A DNA stretch of 64,000 nucleotides, from positions 2,324-66,323 of the forward strand of contig JBIKYZ010000002.1 in the NCBI GenBank assembly GCA_044354985.1, read 5' to 3'. Positions 36,877 to 45,987 of this stretch are shown here, piece by piece. This DNA is from Pseudanabaena sp. (lineage in GTDB: Bacteria; Cyanobacteriota; Cyanobacteriia; Pseudanabaenales; Pseudanabaenaceae). The number at the start of each line of letters is the position of its first letter. The first letter of the stretch is position 1. The notes beneath the pieces were generated by a model. It did no database searches. It had not been told where the DNA came from and saw only the letters and a program-made list of their open reading frames with translations. A program made the translations under genes and the position numbers.

Positions 36877-38445
36877 ATGTGGAAACCTCGATCTCCCAAA
36901 TTTGTGATTCATGCTTTACCGATCGCCATTCTGACCTTACCTTTAGTAAGCTTTTCAGCGATCGCACAAAGCAACTTTGGGCGTTCTGGAGAAGATGGCA
37001 ATCGTGGTCGAGATGGACGTAATGGGCGAGATGGGCAAGACATCAAAATTGTCAGTGATGGTAAACCTGCTGCTTATAATCTCACAGGGACAATAGGTGA
37101 AGATGCTGAAGATGGAACCGTAGGGCGATCGGCTAGTAGTTGTGAGCAGCCTCGTCGCACTCAATTCTCTCTAATTGGTGCATCTGGTGGTAGTGGCGGT
37201 GTCGGCGGTAATGGCGGTAATGGTGGTCGAGGCGGCAATGCAACTATTTTTTACACTGATATTGCCTCACTCCAGATGATCGAAATTCGCAATAATGGTG
37301 GAAGAGGTGGACGCAATGGACGCGGTGCTCTTGGTGGAAAGGGTTGTGAATGCCAAGAGACTTCTTGGACAATTACGACCTGTACTGCGGAAATTGAACG
37401 CAGACCAGCAAAGGATCCAAACGCTCCTTGGCAACATTATTCTAGAGAGTCGAGAGTTTGCTCAACATCAGGAGACAATTTTGGAGAAAACCTATTAACT
37501 AGCCTGTTAAGTAATGTTTTGTCATCATCAAAAGAGCCTAACAGCGACGGTAAGTGGATCTATCGCAGTAAAAAGGAACAATCAAGTAGTGCTTCTTATT
37601 CTTGTCAGAGTGGTCGCGATGGACTGACAAGTAATAACGGAATTGAAGGAAAGACTGGCTCCTATGGACAAATCACACTTGTACCGCGTTTAGATATTCC
37701 TGTGGAGATTACAAGCGATCGCACACCATTAGGAAATGCGATCGGCAAAAAAGTGGGACTAATCAAAAACATTTGGGTTGAGAGAAGTGGCTTGACACGT
37801 ATACTAAGGGCTAGTTCTGATGTTCCAGATAGATATACCTATCTCAAAGATACAGCACGACTTTTTTATCGATTTGATTGGGCTGCCAAAGAAACTCCTT
37901 TCGCGTTAGGAGTTGATCGAGTGGAAATTGGGGCAAAGGTAAATGTCCGCAATGAGAATGCAGAAATCGAATACCAATTACCTGGGACATTGGAATATCA
38001 AGTTATACCTGAGAATAATCTTCAAGTGGTGAAGATTACAGGCGGGTTTAATCCAGATCGGGTTAGTTCTTTCCAATTGCAAACTATCTCAGGTGTCGGT
38101 AATGACAATCTGTTAATCCTTAGCGATCGAGGCAATGTGCGCGAATTGCTCAAAGAGACACAAATCGAAGTGGAATGTTTTAGTAAGCAATCAGCAACGG
38201 GTGTAGTCGCTGGAGATTATGTAAAACGGCGCAAAGTCACCTTCAAAATTCCGCCAAAACTAGAGCCTAGCGAGGGAGCAAAAGTTAATGGCAATACTTA
38301 CACTTTGCCCGTTGGTCGTTATTGCTCACCTTGGCTCAAAGCTGATTACAATGCAGCCTATGGAATTGTGATCAGTCAAACCACCAAGAGCGGCGCAAAA
38401 TATAATCAAAGTATCGACAAGGCTTTTGTCGTCGGGAAAAACTAA
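36877..38445 (+). CDS. Secreted protein with collagen-like (G-x-y) and Gly/Asn/Arg-rich tracts and a large unknown C-terminal domain
   Basis: Signal peptide (ALPIAILTLPLVSFSAIAQS). Gly-rich tracts GEDGNRGRDGRNGRDGQD, GASGGSGGVGGNGGNGGRGGN, GGRGGRNGRGALGGKG and GRDGLTSNNGIEGKTGSYG, each followed by a short beta-like strand. Confidence 0.6.
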   Translation: MWKPRSPKFVIHALPIAILTLPLVSFSAIAQSNFGRSGEDGNRGRDGRNGRDGQDIKIVSDGKPAAYNLTGTIGEDAEDGTVGRSASSCEQPRRTQFSLIGASGGSGGVGGNGGNGGRGGNATIFYTDIASLQMIEIRNNGGRGGRNGRGALGGKGCECQETSWTITTCTAEIERRPAKDPNAPWQHYSRESRVCSTSGDNFGENLLTSLLSNVLSSSKEPNSDGKWIYRSKKEQSSSASYSCQSGRDGLTSNNGIEGKTGSYGQITLVPRLDIPVEITSDRTPLGNAIGKKVGLIKNIWVERSGLTRILRASSDVPDRYTYLKDTARLFYRFDWAAKETPFALGVDRVEIGAKVNVRNENAEIEYQLPGTLEYQVIPENNLQVVKITGGFNPDRVSSFQLQTISGVGNDNLLILSDRGNVRELLKETQIEVECFSKQSATGVVAGDYVKRRKVTFKIPPKLEPSEGAKVNGNTYTLPVGRYCSPWLKADYNAAYGIVISQTTKSGAKYNQSIDKAFVVGKN

Positions 38446-38591
38446 TGGTTGTAAGTACAGGAATTACGGATGCGATTCATAGTTTGAACGATTTAACAGT
38501 GCCTATAGCGCTTTTAATCTCAAGTTGAGTATTTTTAATGCCCCTTCTATGAGATTCTGGTATCAATATAGACTATGCACAACCTGCAAAA

Positions 38592-39287
38592 ATGCTTATG
38601 AGTTCGATTCGTGTTGTCCTAATTGAAGACCATGACCTGACCCGCATGGGCATGAAGATCGCCTTGCAACAGCAGGGAGAGCTTGTGTTTGTTGGGGAAG
38701 CTGCCACGGGTGCAGAAGGTGTATCGCTAGTAAATAGCCAACATCCTGATGTGGCGATCGTTGATTTGGGCTTGCCTGATATGGATGGCGTAGAAGTAAC
38801 ACGCCAAATCAAGGCAGCGGCTACTGATGCAGGTCGTGCCACTAAAGTTTTAATTTTGACGTTAACCGATAGTCAAGAAACCGTGTTAGCCGCTTTTGCC
38901 GCAGGTGCAGACTCCTACTGCATCAAAGATATTAGTTCCGAAAATCTAGTACAAGCGCTGAAACTAACTGCCGAAGGAAACTCATGGATCGATCCTGCGA
39001 TCGCAAGTATTGTCTTGCAGCAGGTACGCCGTCGTGAAGCAACTGTGGAAATTGATGCGGCTGAAGCAGACTATAAGCAAGTCCTTGCCGCTACGCCATT
39101 AACTGAGCGTGAGCTAGAAGTGCTATCTGAGATTGTCAATGGCAATAGCAATGCTGAGATTGCTGAGAGACTTTACATCACTGTGGGTACTGTCAAAACC
39201 CATGTACGCAATATTTTGAACAAGCTATGCGCTGATGATCGCACTCAAGCCGCCGTCCGCGCCCTCAGAGCAGGATTAGTCAAGTAA
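38592..39287 (+). CDS. NarL/LuxR-family response regulator (REC + HTH)
   Basis: The REC domain has an acidic pocket and phospho-acceptor (VVLIEDHD, DVAIVDLGLPDMDG). LuxR HTH: LTERELEVLSEIVNGNSNAEIAERLYITVGTVKTHVRNILNKL. No adjacent histidine kinase. Confidence 0.9.
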   Translation: MLMSSIRVVLIEDHDLTRMGMKIALQQQGELVFVGEAATGAEGVSLVNSQHPDVAIVDLGLPDMDGVEVTRQIKAAATDAGRATKVLILTLTDSQETVLAAFAAGADSYCIKDISSENLVQALKLTAEGNSWIDPAIASIVLQQVRRREATVEIDAAEADYKQVLAATPLTERELEVLSEIVNGNSNAEIAERLYITVGTVKTHVRNILNKLCADDRTQAAVRALRAGLVK

Positions 39288-39362
39288 AGTTTTTTAAAGA
39301 GATATGTGAAATACATACTCCCAAAAAATTTATCCTATAATCGGGTGTACTGATTTCAAGGT

Positions 39363-41255
39363 GTGTCTATGCTCCTTTCACTTTTGAGTGGTATTGCTCA
39401 AATATTAAACTTCATCGCGGCTAAATTGGAAGATTTAGCCGACTGGATATCAAGGCGATCGCCTTCCAGCGAATATCCAATGCTGCCCCAGAATGACCCT
39501 GAAATTAGTCAGCGTCAGGCATTTCTAGATAATGCAAGGCAACTCTATCAATACAACTACACCTACATTGAATCATTGCCAATGGTGGAAACAGTTCCAA
39601 CCAATGACAGATTCTCTTTACCTTGGATCATTCTCGTTCTCAAGACCGCCGTTAAACTTCTGCGGAACAATCAGGCGATTTTATCACTATCAAAAAATGA
39701 GAAGCAAACCACTGAAACTACGCAGGAAGACTTCTCACAACGTTTACTTGCTGCTAGTGAGTCCCGTTCTGAATCAGTTCTAGTAGAGCTATTAGCCGAT
39801 TTGCCAAAGGCTTTAGAAACTCAACCTACTGGTTTAGAAGGAGATAGAATTGAAGAATATGACAATCTATTTCGGATTATTCCTCTCCCTGTCATCAGTC
39901 AGAACTTTACTAGTAACGATGAATTTGCGAGATTGCGTGTTGCTGGCTTCAATCCTTTAGTGATTCAACAAATTAAAGCACTGGATGCAAGGTTTCCTTT
40001 AACTGAGGCGCAATTTCAAACGGTTTTGCCAAGTGATTCTCTAGCCGTAGCAGGAGCCGAAGGACGTTTGTATTTAGCCGATTACGCTGAACTAGAAGCG
40101 ATCGTGGGCGGGACATTCCTCACGCCTGAAAAGTCCAGACAGAAATATATCAATGCTCCTTTAGCGTTGTTTGCTGTTCCTCAAGGAGAAAAGAGCCTGA
40201 CTGCGATCGCCATTCAACTGGGACAAGACCCTAATACCAATCCCATCTTTTTGCGTCAAGCCGATGAGGAACCGAACTGGTTGCTTGCCAAAACTGTTGT
40301 CCAAATCGCTGATGCTAATTATCATGAACTGATTAGTCATTTGGGAAGAACTCATTTGTTTATCGAACCCTTTACGATCGCCACTAACCGCCAACTTGCT
40401 AGCAATCATCCCCTATACATTTTACTTAAGCCGCATTTTCAAGGCACTCTTGCGATCAATGATGCCGCGCAATCGACATTGGTTAGTGCTGGTGGATCAG
40501 TTGATAGTCTCTTAGCAGGAACGATCGCCACTTCTCGCGCTCTTGCGGTGCATAGTGTCAAAAGCTATAAATTTGATGAGGCGATGCTACCTGTAGATCT
40601 GAAGAATAGAGGTGTTGACGATCCGAAGTTACTGCCCGACTATCCCTATCGTGATGATGCTTTATTGATTTGGGAGGCGATCGCCACATGGGTCAAGAAT
40701 TATCTATCGGTCTATTACTTCAGTGATAGTGATGTGACAAGAGATACGGAACTGCAAGCATGGGCTGCAGAATTGATCTCTAATGAAGGTGGTCGTGTTA
40801 CTAGTTTTGGGCAGGATGGACAGATTCGCACTTTAGCTTATTTAATCGATGCTGTGACATTACTGATCTTTACAGGTAGCGCTCAACATGCGGCAGTCAA
40901 CTTTCCGCAAGGCGACATGATGGATTATACGCCCGCAATTCCCTTCGCGGGCTATAGTCCTGCTCCCACTGAGACCACAGGTGCAACTAAAGACAGTTTC
41001 TTTGCGATGTTGCCAACGATCGATCAAGCTAAGGGACAATTGCAGTTGACCTATCTGCTCGGTTCGGTCTACTACACCACACTAGGAGATTATGGTAGTG
41101 GCTATTTCAGTGATGATCGTATTCAGAAGCCATTACGCGATTTCCAAGATCAGTTAAAGGCGATCGAGCAGACGATCCAGTCGCGCAATGAAACCCGAAT
41201 TACTAATTATAGCTATCTAAAACCATCACGGATTCCTCAAAGTATCAATATATGA
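39363..41255 (+). CDS. Lipoxygenase
   Basis: NWLLAKTVVQIADANYHELISHLGRTHLFIEPFTIATNRQL (His ligands), GSAQHAAVNFPQ (His/Asn ligands) and a C-terminal ...PQSINI (terminal Ile carboxylate ligand). The N-terminal region is helical, not PLAT. Confidence 0.9.
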   Translation: MSMLLSLLSGIAQILNFIAAKLEDLADWISRRSPSSEYPMLPQNDPEISQRQAFLDNARQLYQYNYTYIESLPMVETVPTNDRFSLPWIILVLKTAVKLLRNNQAILSLSKNEKQTTETTQEDFSQRLLAASESRSESVLVELLADLPKALETQPTGLEGDRIEEYDNLFRIIPLPVISQNFTSNDEFARLRVAGFNPLVIQQIKALDARFPLTEAQFQTVLPSDSLAVAGAEGRLYLADYAELEAIVGGTFLTPEKSRQKYINAPLALFAVPQGEKSLTAIAIQLGQDPNTNPIFLRQADEEPNWLLAKTVVQIADANYHELISHLGRTHLFIEPFTIATNRQLASNHPLYILLKPHFQGTLAINDAAQSTLVSAGGSVDSLLAGTIATSRALAVHSVKSYKFDEAMLPVDLKNRGVDDPKLLPDYPYRDDALLIWEAIATWVKNYLSVYYFSDSDVTRDTELQAWAAELISNEGGRVTSFGQDGQIRTLAYLIDAVTLLIFTGSAQHAAVNFPQGDMMDYTPAIPFAGYSPAPTETTGATKDSFFAMLPTIDQAKGQLQLTYLLGSVYYTTLGDYGSGYFSDDRIQKPLRDFQDQLKAIEQTIQSRNETRITNYSYLKPSRIPQSINI

Positions 41256-41296
41256 ATTTTAACTGAAGCCACGCTTTGCGTGGCTTCAGTTAAAAT
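41256..41296 (+). terminator. Terminator of the lipoxygenase gene
   Basis: ATTTTAACTGAAGCCACG-CTTT-GCGTGGCTTCAGTTAAAAT directly follows the stop. A second hairpin at 41347-41384 serves the convergent lnt. Confidence 0.7.
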
Positions 41297-41393
41297 TGGA
41301 CAAATTTCTTGCATATAGCTATCGTCAGTCTTGTTAGGACATCAATCCATAAGCGAGTGGCGAAGCACCGCCACTCGCTTATGGGGTTTTGAT

Positions 41394-42923
41394 TTAGTGG
41401 CGACAGCTATAAATAGCGATGCTGGTCACACAAAGCAAAGGTGTCAACCAGTCACCCCATAGGACATATAGAGTTTTGGTATCGCGCAAATAAACTGTTT
41501 CTAAATGAGTTTCATAGGTATTTACATCTGAAAGCCAAACTGTGCGTCCGTTGGGATCGACAAAACCAGAATAGCCAGTATTAGTAGCTCTAACTGCCCA
41601 GCGATCGCTTTCAATTGCTCTTGCCACATCTTGAGCATGGTGTTGCGCAGACATATAAGAAGCAAAGTGGGAATTATTGGAAGCCGATAAAATTAATCTA
41701 CCACCTGCGGCAGATTGGAAACGGAAAGTTGCTGGATAAGCAGATTCATAGCAAATGCCTACGATGAAACGTCCCCAAGGAGTATCAACGAGTTGTTCGC
41801 TCGAACCCGCATCGACCTCGCCTCTGAGCGGAGATAAACGTCTAATCAGATTTCCTAAAAGTGGCTTAAAGGGAATATATTCGCCAACTGGGACAAGTCT
41901 CACTTTGTCATATTGACCGAGAATCTTATCTGAGCCATCAATCAGAAATAAACTATTGGTATAGTTATTGGGATCTTCAGCATTAGGATTGCGAGTTGTG
42001 CCAAACCCTCCCAACCAGACTGGAACGCGATATTTCTTCACAGCAAGATCAAACGGTTCGCGACGTGCATCATAGTTAGGATAGAGAAAAGAAATCGCAG
42101 TTTCAGGGGTGACAATCATTTCCGCCCCTAACTGAGCTAGTTTTTCATAGCCATTAGTGTAGTTATTAACAGCTATTTCCCATCCCTTTGGTTTAACAGT
42201 CAGAGCATTGGGGAAATTTCCCTGAATGATTCCTGATTTGATTGCTTGTCCATTGCCACTAGCCATGCGATCGCCTTGCATTTCCCACGCACCATAACCC
42301 GCGATCGCAATTAACAAAGAAATCGCTGCGATCGCATAACGTCGTCTTTCCACCCAAGTTCTATGCAAAAGAATTTCGGCAAACAATCCATTAATTGCCA
42401 CAATCGCCGTAGTCATGGTCTGCTGTCCAGAGATACGGCTAATTTGAAGCAACAGCAAATCATGGGGACTCTGGGTAAAGCCTAGCGCCGTCCAGTAAAG
42501 TGGCCCCCAACTCCACACAATTTCCAGTCCGCTAAACATCGCACAAGCAATAATTACCCGACTAGTTACATTGAGCCTCTGCGTGAACAATGACATTCCC
42601 CCAGCCCATAAGCCAGACAATACCGCACCCCACGCCGTAATCAGCAACCAAACCAATGTGGCAATCCAAAAACTCGTCCACCAAGGCACGCCCATCCATT
42701 CCATTGGATGCACCGTCGTAATCCAAAATAACGCCATACCGTGATAGCAAAATCCCCACATCGCTCCCATCGCGATCGCGTCTTTGACTTTCAGCTTTTG
42801 GGCAAGCATCCAAAGAGGAATCAAAGCGATCCATGCTAGCCACCATTGACTAAATGGGTCAGGGGTGAGTCCCATGAGTACACCACCTAGAGCGGCAAAC
42901 AGGAGATTTTGCAAGTTTCGCAT
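41394..42923 (-). CDS. lnt: Apolipoprotein N-acyltransferase
   Basis: Polytopic N-terminal domain plus a C-terminal CN-hydrolase domain with the catalytic Cys context GICYESAYP. Confidence 0.85.
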   Translation of the reverse strand: MRNLQNLLFAALGGVLMGLTPDPFSQWWLAWIALIPLWMLAQKLKVKDAIAMGAMWGFCYHGMALFWITTVHPMEWMGVPWWTSFWIATLVWLLITAWGAVLSGLWAGGMSLFTQRLNVTSRVIIACAMFSGLEIVWSWGPLYWTALGFTQSPHDLLLLQISRISGQQTMTTAIVAINGLFAEILLHRTWVERRRYAIAAISLLIAIAGYGAWEMQGDRMASGNGQAIKSGIIQGNFPNALTVKPKGWEIAVNNYTNGYEKLAQLGAEMIVTPETAISFLYPNYDARREPFDLAVKKYRVPVWLGGFGTTRNPNAEDPNNYTNSLFLIDGSDKILGQYDKVRLVPVGEYIPFKPLLGNLIRRLSPLRGEVDAGSSEQLVDTPWGRFIVGICYESAYPATFRFQSAAGGRLILSASNNSHFASYMSAQHHAQDVARAIESDRWAVRATNTGYSGFVDPNGRTVWLSDVNTYETHLETVYLRDTKTLYVLWGDWLTPLLCVTSIAIYSCRH

Positions 42924-43025
42924 AGCAGAGCTAAATAGTCTTTGTAATATGATTATGATGTAGTCAGCGAGTATGGCAAAAAACTATGGTTGCTAAACTA
43001 AAATCTAGCACAAAAGATCTTTAAC

Positions 43026-43109
43026 ACTGACTATGCTCTGTGGGTATTGGAGACAGCCAGGCAGCTACAAGCTAGAGATTTTGAAGCCATTGACCTAGAT
43101 AATTTACAG
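43026..43109 (+). pseudogene. DUF29 gene fragment truncated by a repeat element
   Basis: ...TDYALWVLETARQLQARDFEAIDLDNLQ parallels the N-terminus of the intact DUF29 at 32392. There is no start codon (a stop lies at 42999). The frame runs into the ACAGCGCTTTGCGCTC repeat at 43106 and stops. Confidence 0.55.
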
Positions 43110-43455
43110 CGCTTTGCGCTCAAATCCAAATTAATATAAACCCTAAAAGTGCTACTAAGCAAAGCTTTTAGGGTTTATATTGTGGATAGCTCGATCATTT
43201 TCATGAGTTTATGATTTTGATACTTACAAAAAATAATCAATCCAAAAAATGGCGGTGGGCGGGCTTAGCCCACCGCCATTTTTTGGATTGATTATTTTGT
43301 TATTGGAGTTGCCTTACGCTGTCAAAATCTCGGATCGACAAATGGCAGAAGATACAAAAGTTTGATATTACTGTGTTAAATTGTCCTGCTAAGTAGATGT
43401 TTCGTAATTTGATTGGGCATACAATAATCAGACTTCAATCTAGGCAAAAACTTGA

Positions 43456-44778
43456 ATGAACTTCGATCAATCATTAATACTAGAAAAAATTCGGCAACAG
43501 TTTGATAGTAGCCCCTATCCGCGTATACCTTTGGAACAGTCACCCAAAGATAACGCTTATCAGCTATACATCCATAATTTAGTTACTGCTTTTTATCGGC
43601 GCGATCGCCAAGTCATTGACACAACAGATAGATTGATCTTAGATGCGGGATGCGGATCTGGATATAAGTCTTTGATTTTGGCTGAAGCCAATCCTAATGC
43701 AAAAATTATTGGTGTGGATATATCGTCAGAGTCAGTGAAACTAGCTGAACAGAGGCTGAAATATCATGGTTTTGATAATGCTGAATTTCATTGCTTATCA
43801 ATTGAGGATTTGAGTGATCTAGGCTATCAGTTTGACTACATCAACTGCGATGAAACTTTGTATCTGATGCCTGATCCAGCGATCGCCCTAGCAGCAATGA
43901 AAGCTGTTCTAAAAGATGATGGTATTATTCGCGCAAATTTACATAGTGCTTTACAGAGACTGAGCTTCTACCGAGCGCAGCAAATGTTTACATTAATGGG
44001 AGTGATGGATGGGGACATTGGAGATCTAGAAATAGAGACTGTAATTGAAACGATGCAAGCCCTGAAAGATAACGTTAATCTCAAAGTACAAACTTGGGAT
44101 GCTAGTTTTTTGGGAGAAGCTGGCAAAGAGAAGATCTTAACGAATCAGTTATTACAAGGAGATAAGGGATTTGCGATCGCGGATCTTTTCTCAGCAATAA
44201 GAACGGTTGAACTAGAGTTTGTCAGTATGGTTAACTGGCGAGACTGGAATCTAAGAGAGCTTTTTAAAGAATCGGATAACTTGCCGTTAGTTTGGGAAAT
44301 GAGTTTACCCGATACAACCATTGAAGATCAGTTGAGGATGTATGAGCTAATTAATCCAATCCATCGCCTATTAGATTTTTGGTGTGGTCATTTCAGCCAA
44401 TCACCTCAGATGACATCTTTTGAAGAGTGGAATGAAGATGACTGGTATTCAGCAAGGGTATATCTACATCCACAATTAAAGACTCAACAATTTAGTGCAG
44501 ATTTGCAAAGTTGTGTGATGCAATGTCGTACAGTTAATTTGAGTCAACATTTATCTTTGGTCAAGCCAGTTGTAACCGTTGATAGCTCTATGGCGGCTTG
44601 CCTATTGCCTTTACTCGACTCTCCGCAAACTATTGCCACTTTGAGCGAATATTATGCAAAAATCAGACCAGTCAATCCGATCACTTTGCGATCGCAAGGT
44701 GTAGCCGAGGTGTTGCCGTTGGTGCAAAATACTATTTGCGATTTAGAAAGCCTCGGTTACTTGATGATAGACCAATAG
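43456..44778 (+). CDS. Class I SAM-dependent methyltransferase with unknown C-terminal domain
   Basis: Motif I ILDAGCGSGYKSLILAE, then IGVDIS and DYINCDETLYLMPD. Confidence 0.8.
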   Translation: MNFDQSLILEKIRQQFDSSPYPRIPLEQSPKDNAYQLYIHNLVTAFYRRDRQVIDTTDRLILDAGCGSGYKSLILAEANPNAKIIGVDISSESVKLAEQRLKYHGFDNAEFHCLSIEDLSDLGYQFDYINCDETLYLMPDPAIALAAMKAVLKDDGIIRANLHSALQRLSFYRAQQMFTLMGVMDGDIGDLEIETVIETMQALKDNVNLKVQTWDASFLGEAGKEKILTNQLLQGDKGFAIADLFSAIRTVELEFVSMVNWRDWNLRELFKESDNLPLVWEMSLPDTTIEDQLRMYELINPIHRLLDFWCGHFSQSPQMTSFEEWNEDDWYSARVYLHPQLKTQQFSADLQSCVMQCRTVNLSQHLSLVKPVVTVDSSMAACLLPLLDSPQTIATLSEYYAKIRPVNPITLRSQGVAEVLPLVQNTICDLESLGYLMIDQ

Positions 44779-44887
44779 TTTTGAAAACAAGGAAGTCGAT
44801 TTTTATGATGTGGCAAAGCCGCGCTATCAAAAATCGAGTTCCTTGTTTTCAGCCCTTACAAAAATTTGCCCCACTTATTTTGAAGGA

Positions 44888-45820
44888 ATGAAAACTGATA
44901 AACTTTTCTATCGCATCTTTCTATCACAACCTGATCTAATCTCAGAGTTAGTACCAGATATTCCTGCAAGCTGTGAGTTTGACTATAGTGCGCCCGTGGT
45001 CAAAGAGACTGAACTTCGACTAGATGGAGTACTCACGCCGATCTCTGACGATCTGAGATTGCCATTGGTATTCTTAGAAGCACAAATGCAAAGTGATGAT
45101 GATTTTTATGGTCGTTTTTTTGCAGGCATATTTCTTTATTTGCGACAGTATAAGGTTACTAGACCTTGGCGCGGATTGCTGGTTTTGCGCCGCCGTAGCC
45201 ATAACTTAGGGACTGATTTAGCTTATCAAGTTTTGCTAGGTACTTGGGTGCATCGACTTTACTTAGAGGATTTGATTGATATGGGGAATTTGAGCCCAAA
45301 CCTGTCTTTGTTAAGGCTGTTGGTTGTTTCAGATCAAGAAGTGAGTGAATCGGCTCAGGCGATATTGAGGAATAGTAATACGCCAGCAGAGTTTCGGATG
45401 CGGCTAGACTTAGTAGAGGCTATACTGATAAATAAATTTCCCCAGTTGAGTATTGAAGAGGTCAGACTGATGTTAAATCTTAAAGAGGCAGATATAACTC
45501 AAACACGTTTTTACCAAGAAGTTTTCCAAATCGGGCAGCAGGAAGGTCAGCAGATCGGTGGAGAGCTTGGTCGAAAAGTTGGGAGAAAGATTGGTCAAAA
45601 GATTGGGAGAAAGATTGGTCGCCAAGAGGGTCGCCAAGAGGGAGAAATTGAAATAGTGTTACGTCAGCTTTCCCGACGCTGTGGACAACTGTCGATCGCT
45701 CAACAAAAAAAGGTGCGATCGCTACAAATTAAAGACATCGAGAATCTTGGTGAGGCTTTACTAGATTTTAAGGGGATGGCTGATTTGGAGACTTGGTTGG
45801 ATAGTATGGCTAAGGTTTAG
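44888..45820 (+). CDS. Rpn-family recombination-promoting nuclease / putative PD-(D/E)xK transposase-like protein
   Basis: MKTDKLFYRIFLSQPDLISELV...RLDGVL...VFLEAQMQSDDDFYGRFF is typical of the cyanobacterial Rpn/DUF2887 type, with a DUF4351-like C-terminus. It contains the low-complexity run GRKVGRKIGQKIGRKIGRQEGRQEG. The longest ORF starts at 44810. Confidence 0.7.
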   Translation: MKTDKLFYRIFLSQPDLISELVPDIPASCEFDYSAPVVKETELRLDGVLTPISDDLRLPLVFLEAQMQSDDDFYGRFFAGIFLYLRQYKVTRPWRGLLVLRRRSHNLGTDLAYQVLLGTWVHRLYLEDLIDMGNLSPNLSLLRLLVVSDQEVSESAQAILRNSNTPAEFRMRLDLVEAILINKFPQLSIEEVRLMLNLKEADITQTRFYQEVFQIGQQEGQQIGGELGRKVGRKIGQKIGRKIGRQEGRQEGEIEIVLRQLSRRCGQLSIAQQKKVRSLQIKDIENLGEALLDFKGMADLETWLDSMAKV

Positions 45821-45987
45821 TTAGAGATGCGATCGCAAAATGTAGTTGAGATGTTATCGTTGTTCTAAAACACTATTGCTGATCTAGAGAACTTAGGCTA
45901 CTTGATGACAGATAAAGCCTAAGTACCTTGCATCTGTTTTTTAGATGAGGTTAAAAAGATTTTTATTAAAATAAAGACTCGGTAGGA

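Noticed and set aside
38573-38842. Two minus-strand ORFs (89 and 68 aa) overlapping the 5' end of the response regulator gene
   Set aside because: They are antisense to a gene with clear REC-domain motifs. Their composition (Ala/Ser/Pro-rich) is typical of shadow frames.
45540-45640. 12/24-bp periodic repeat in the Rpn-family gene (GRKVGRKIGQKIGRKIGRQEGRQEG)
   Set aside because: The repeat is real, but it is short, in frame and a low-complexity basic linker. I see no sign that it is more than a slippage-prone spacer between domains.
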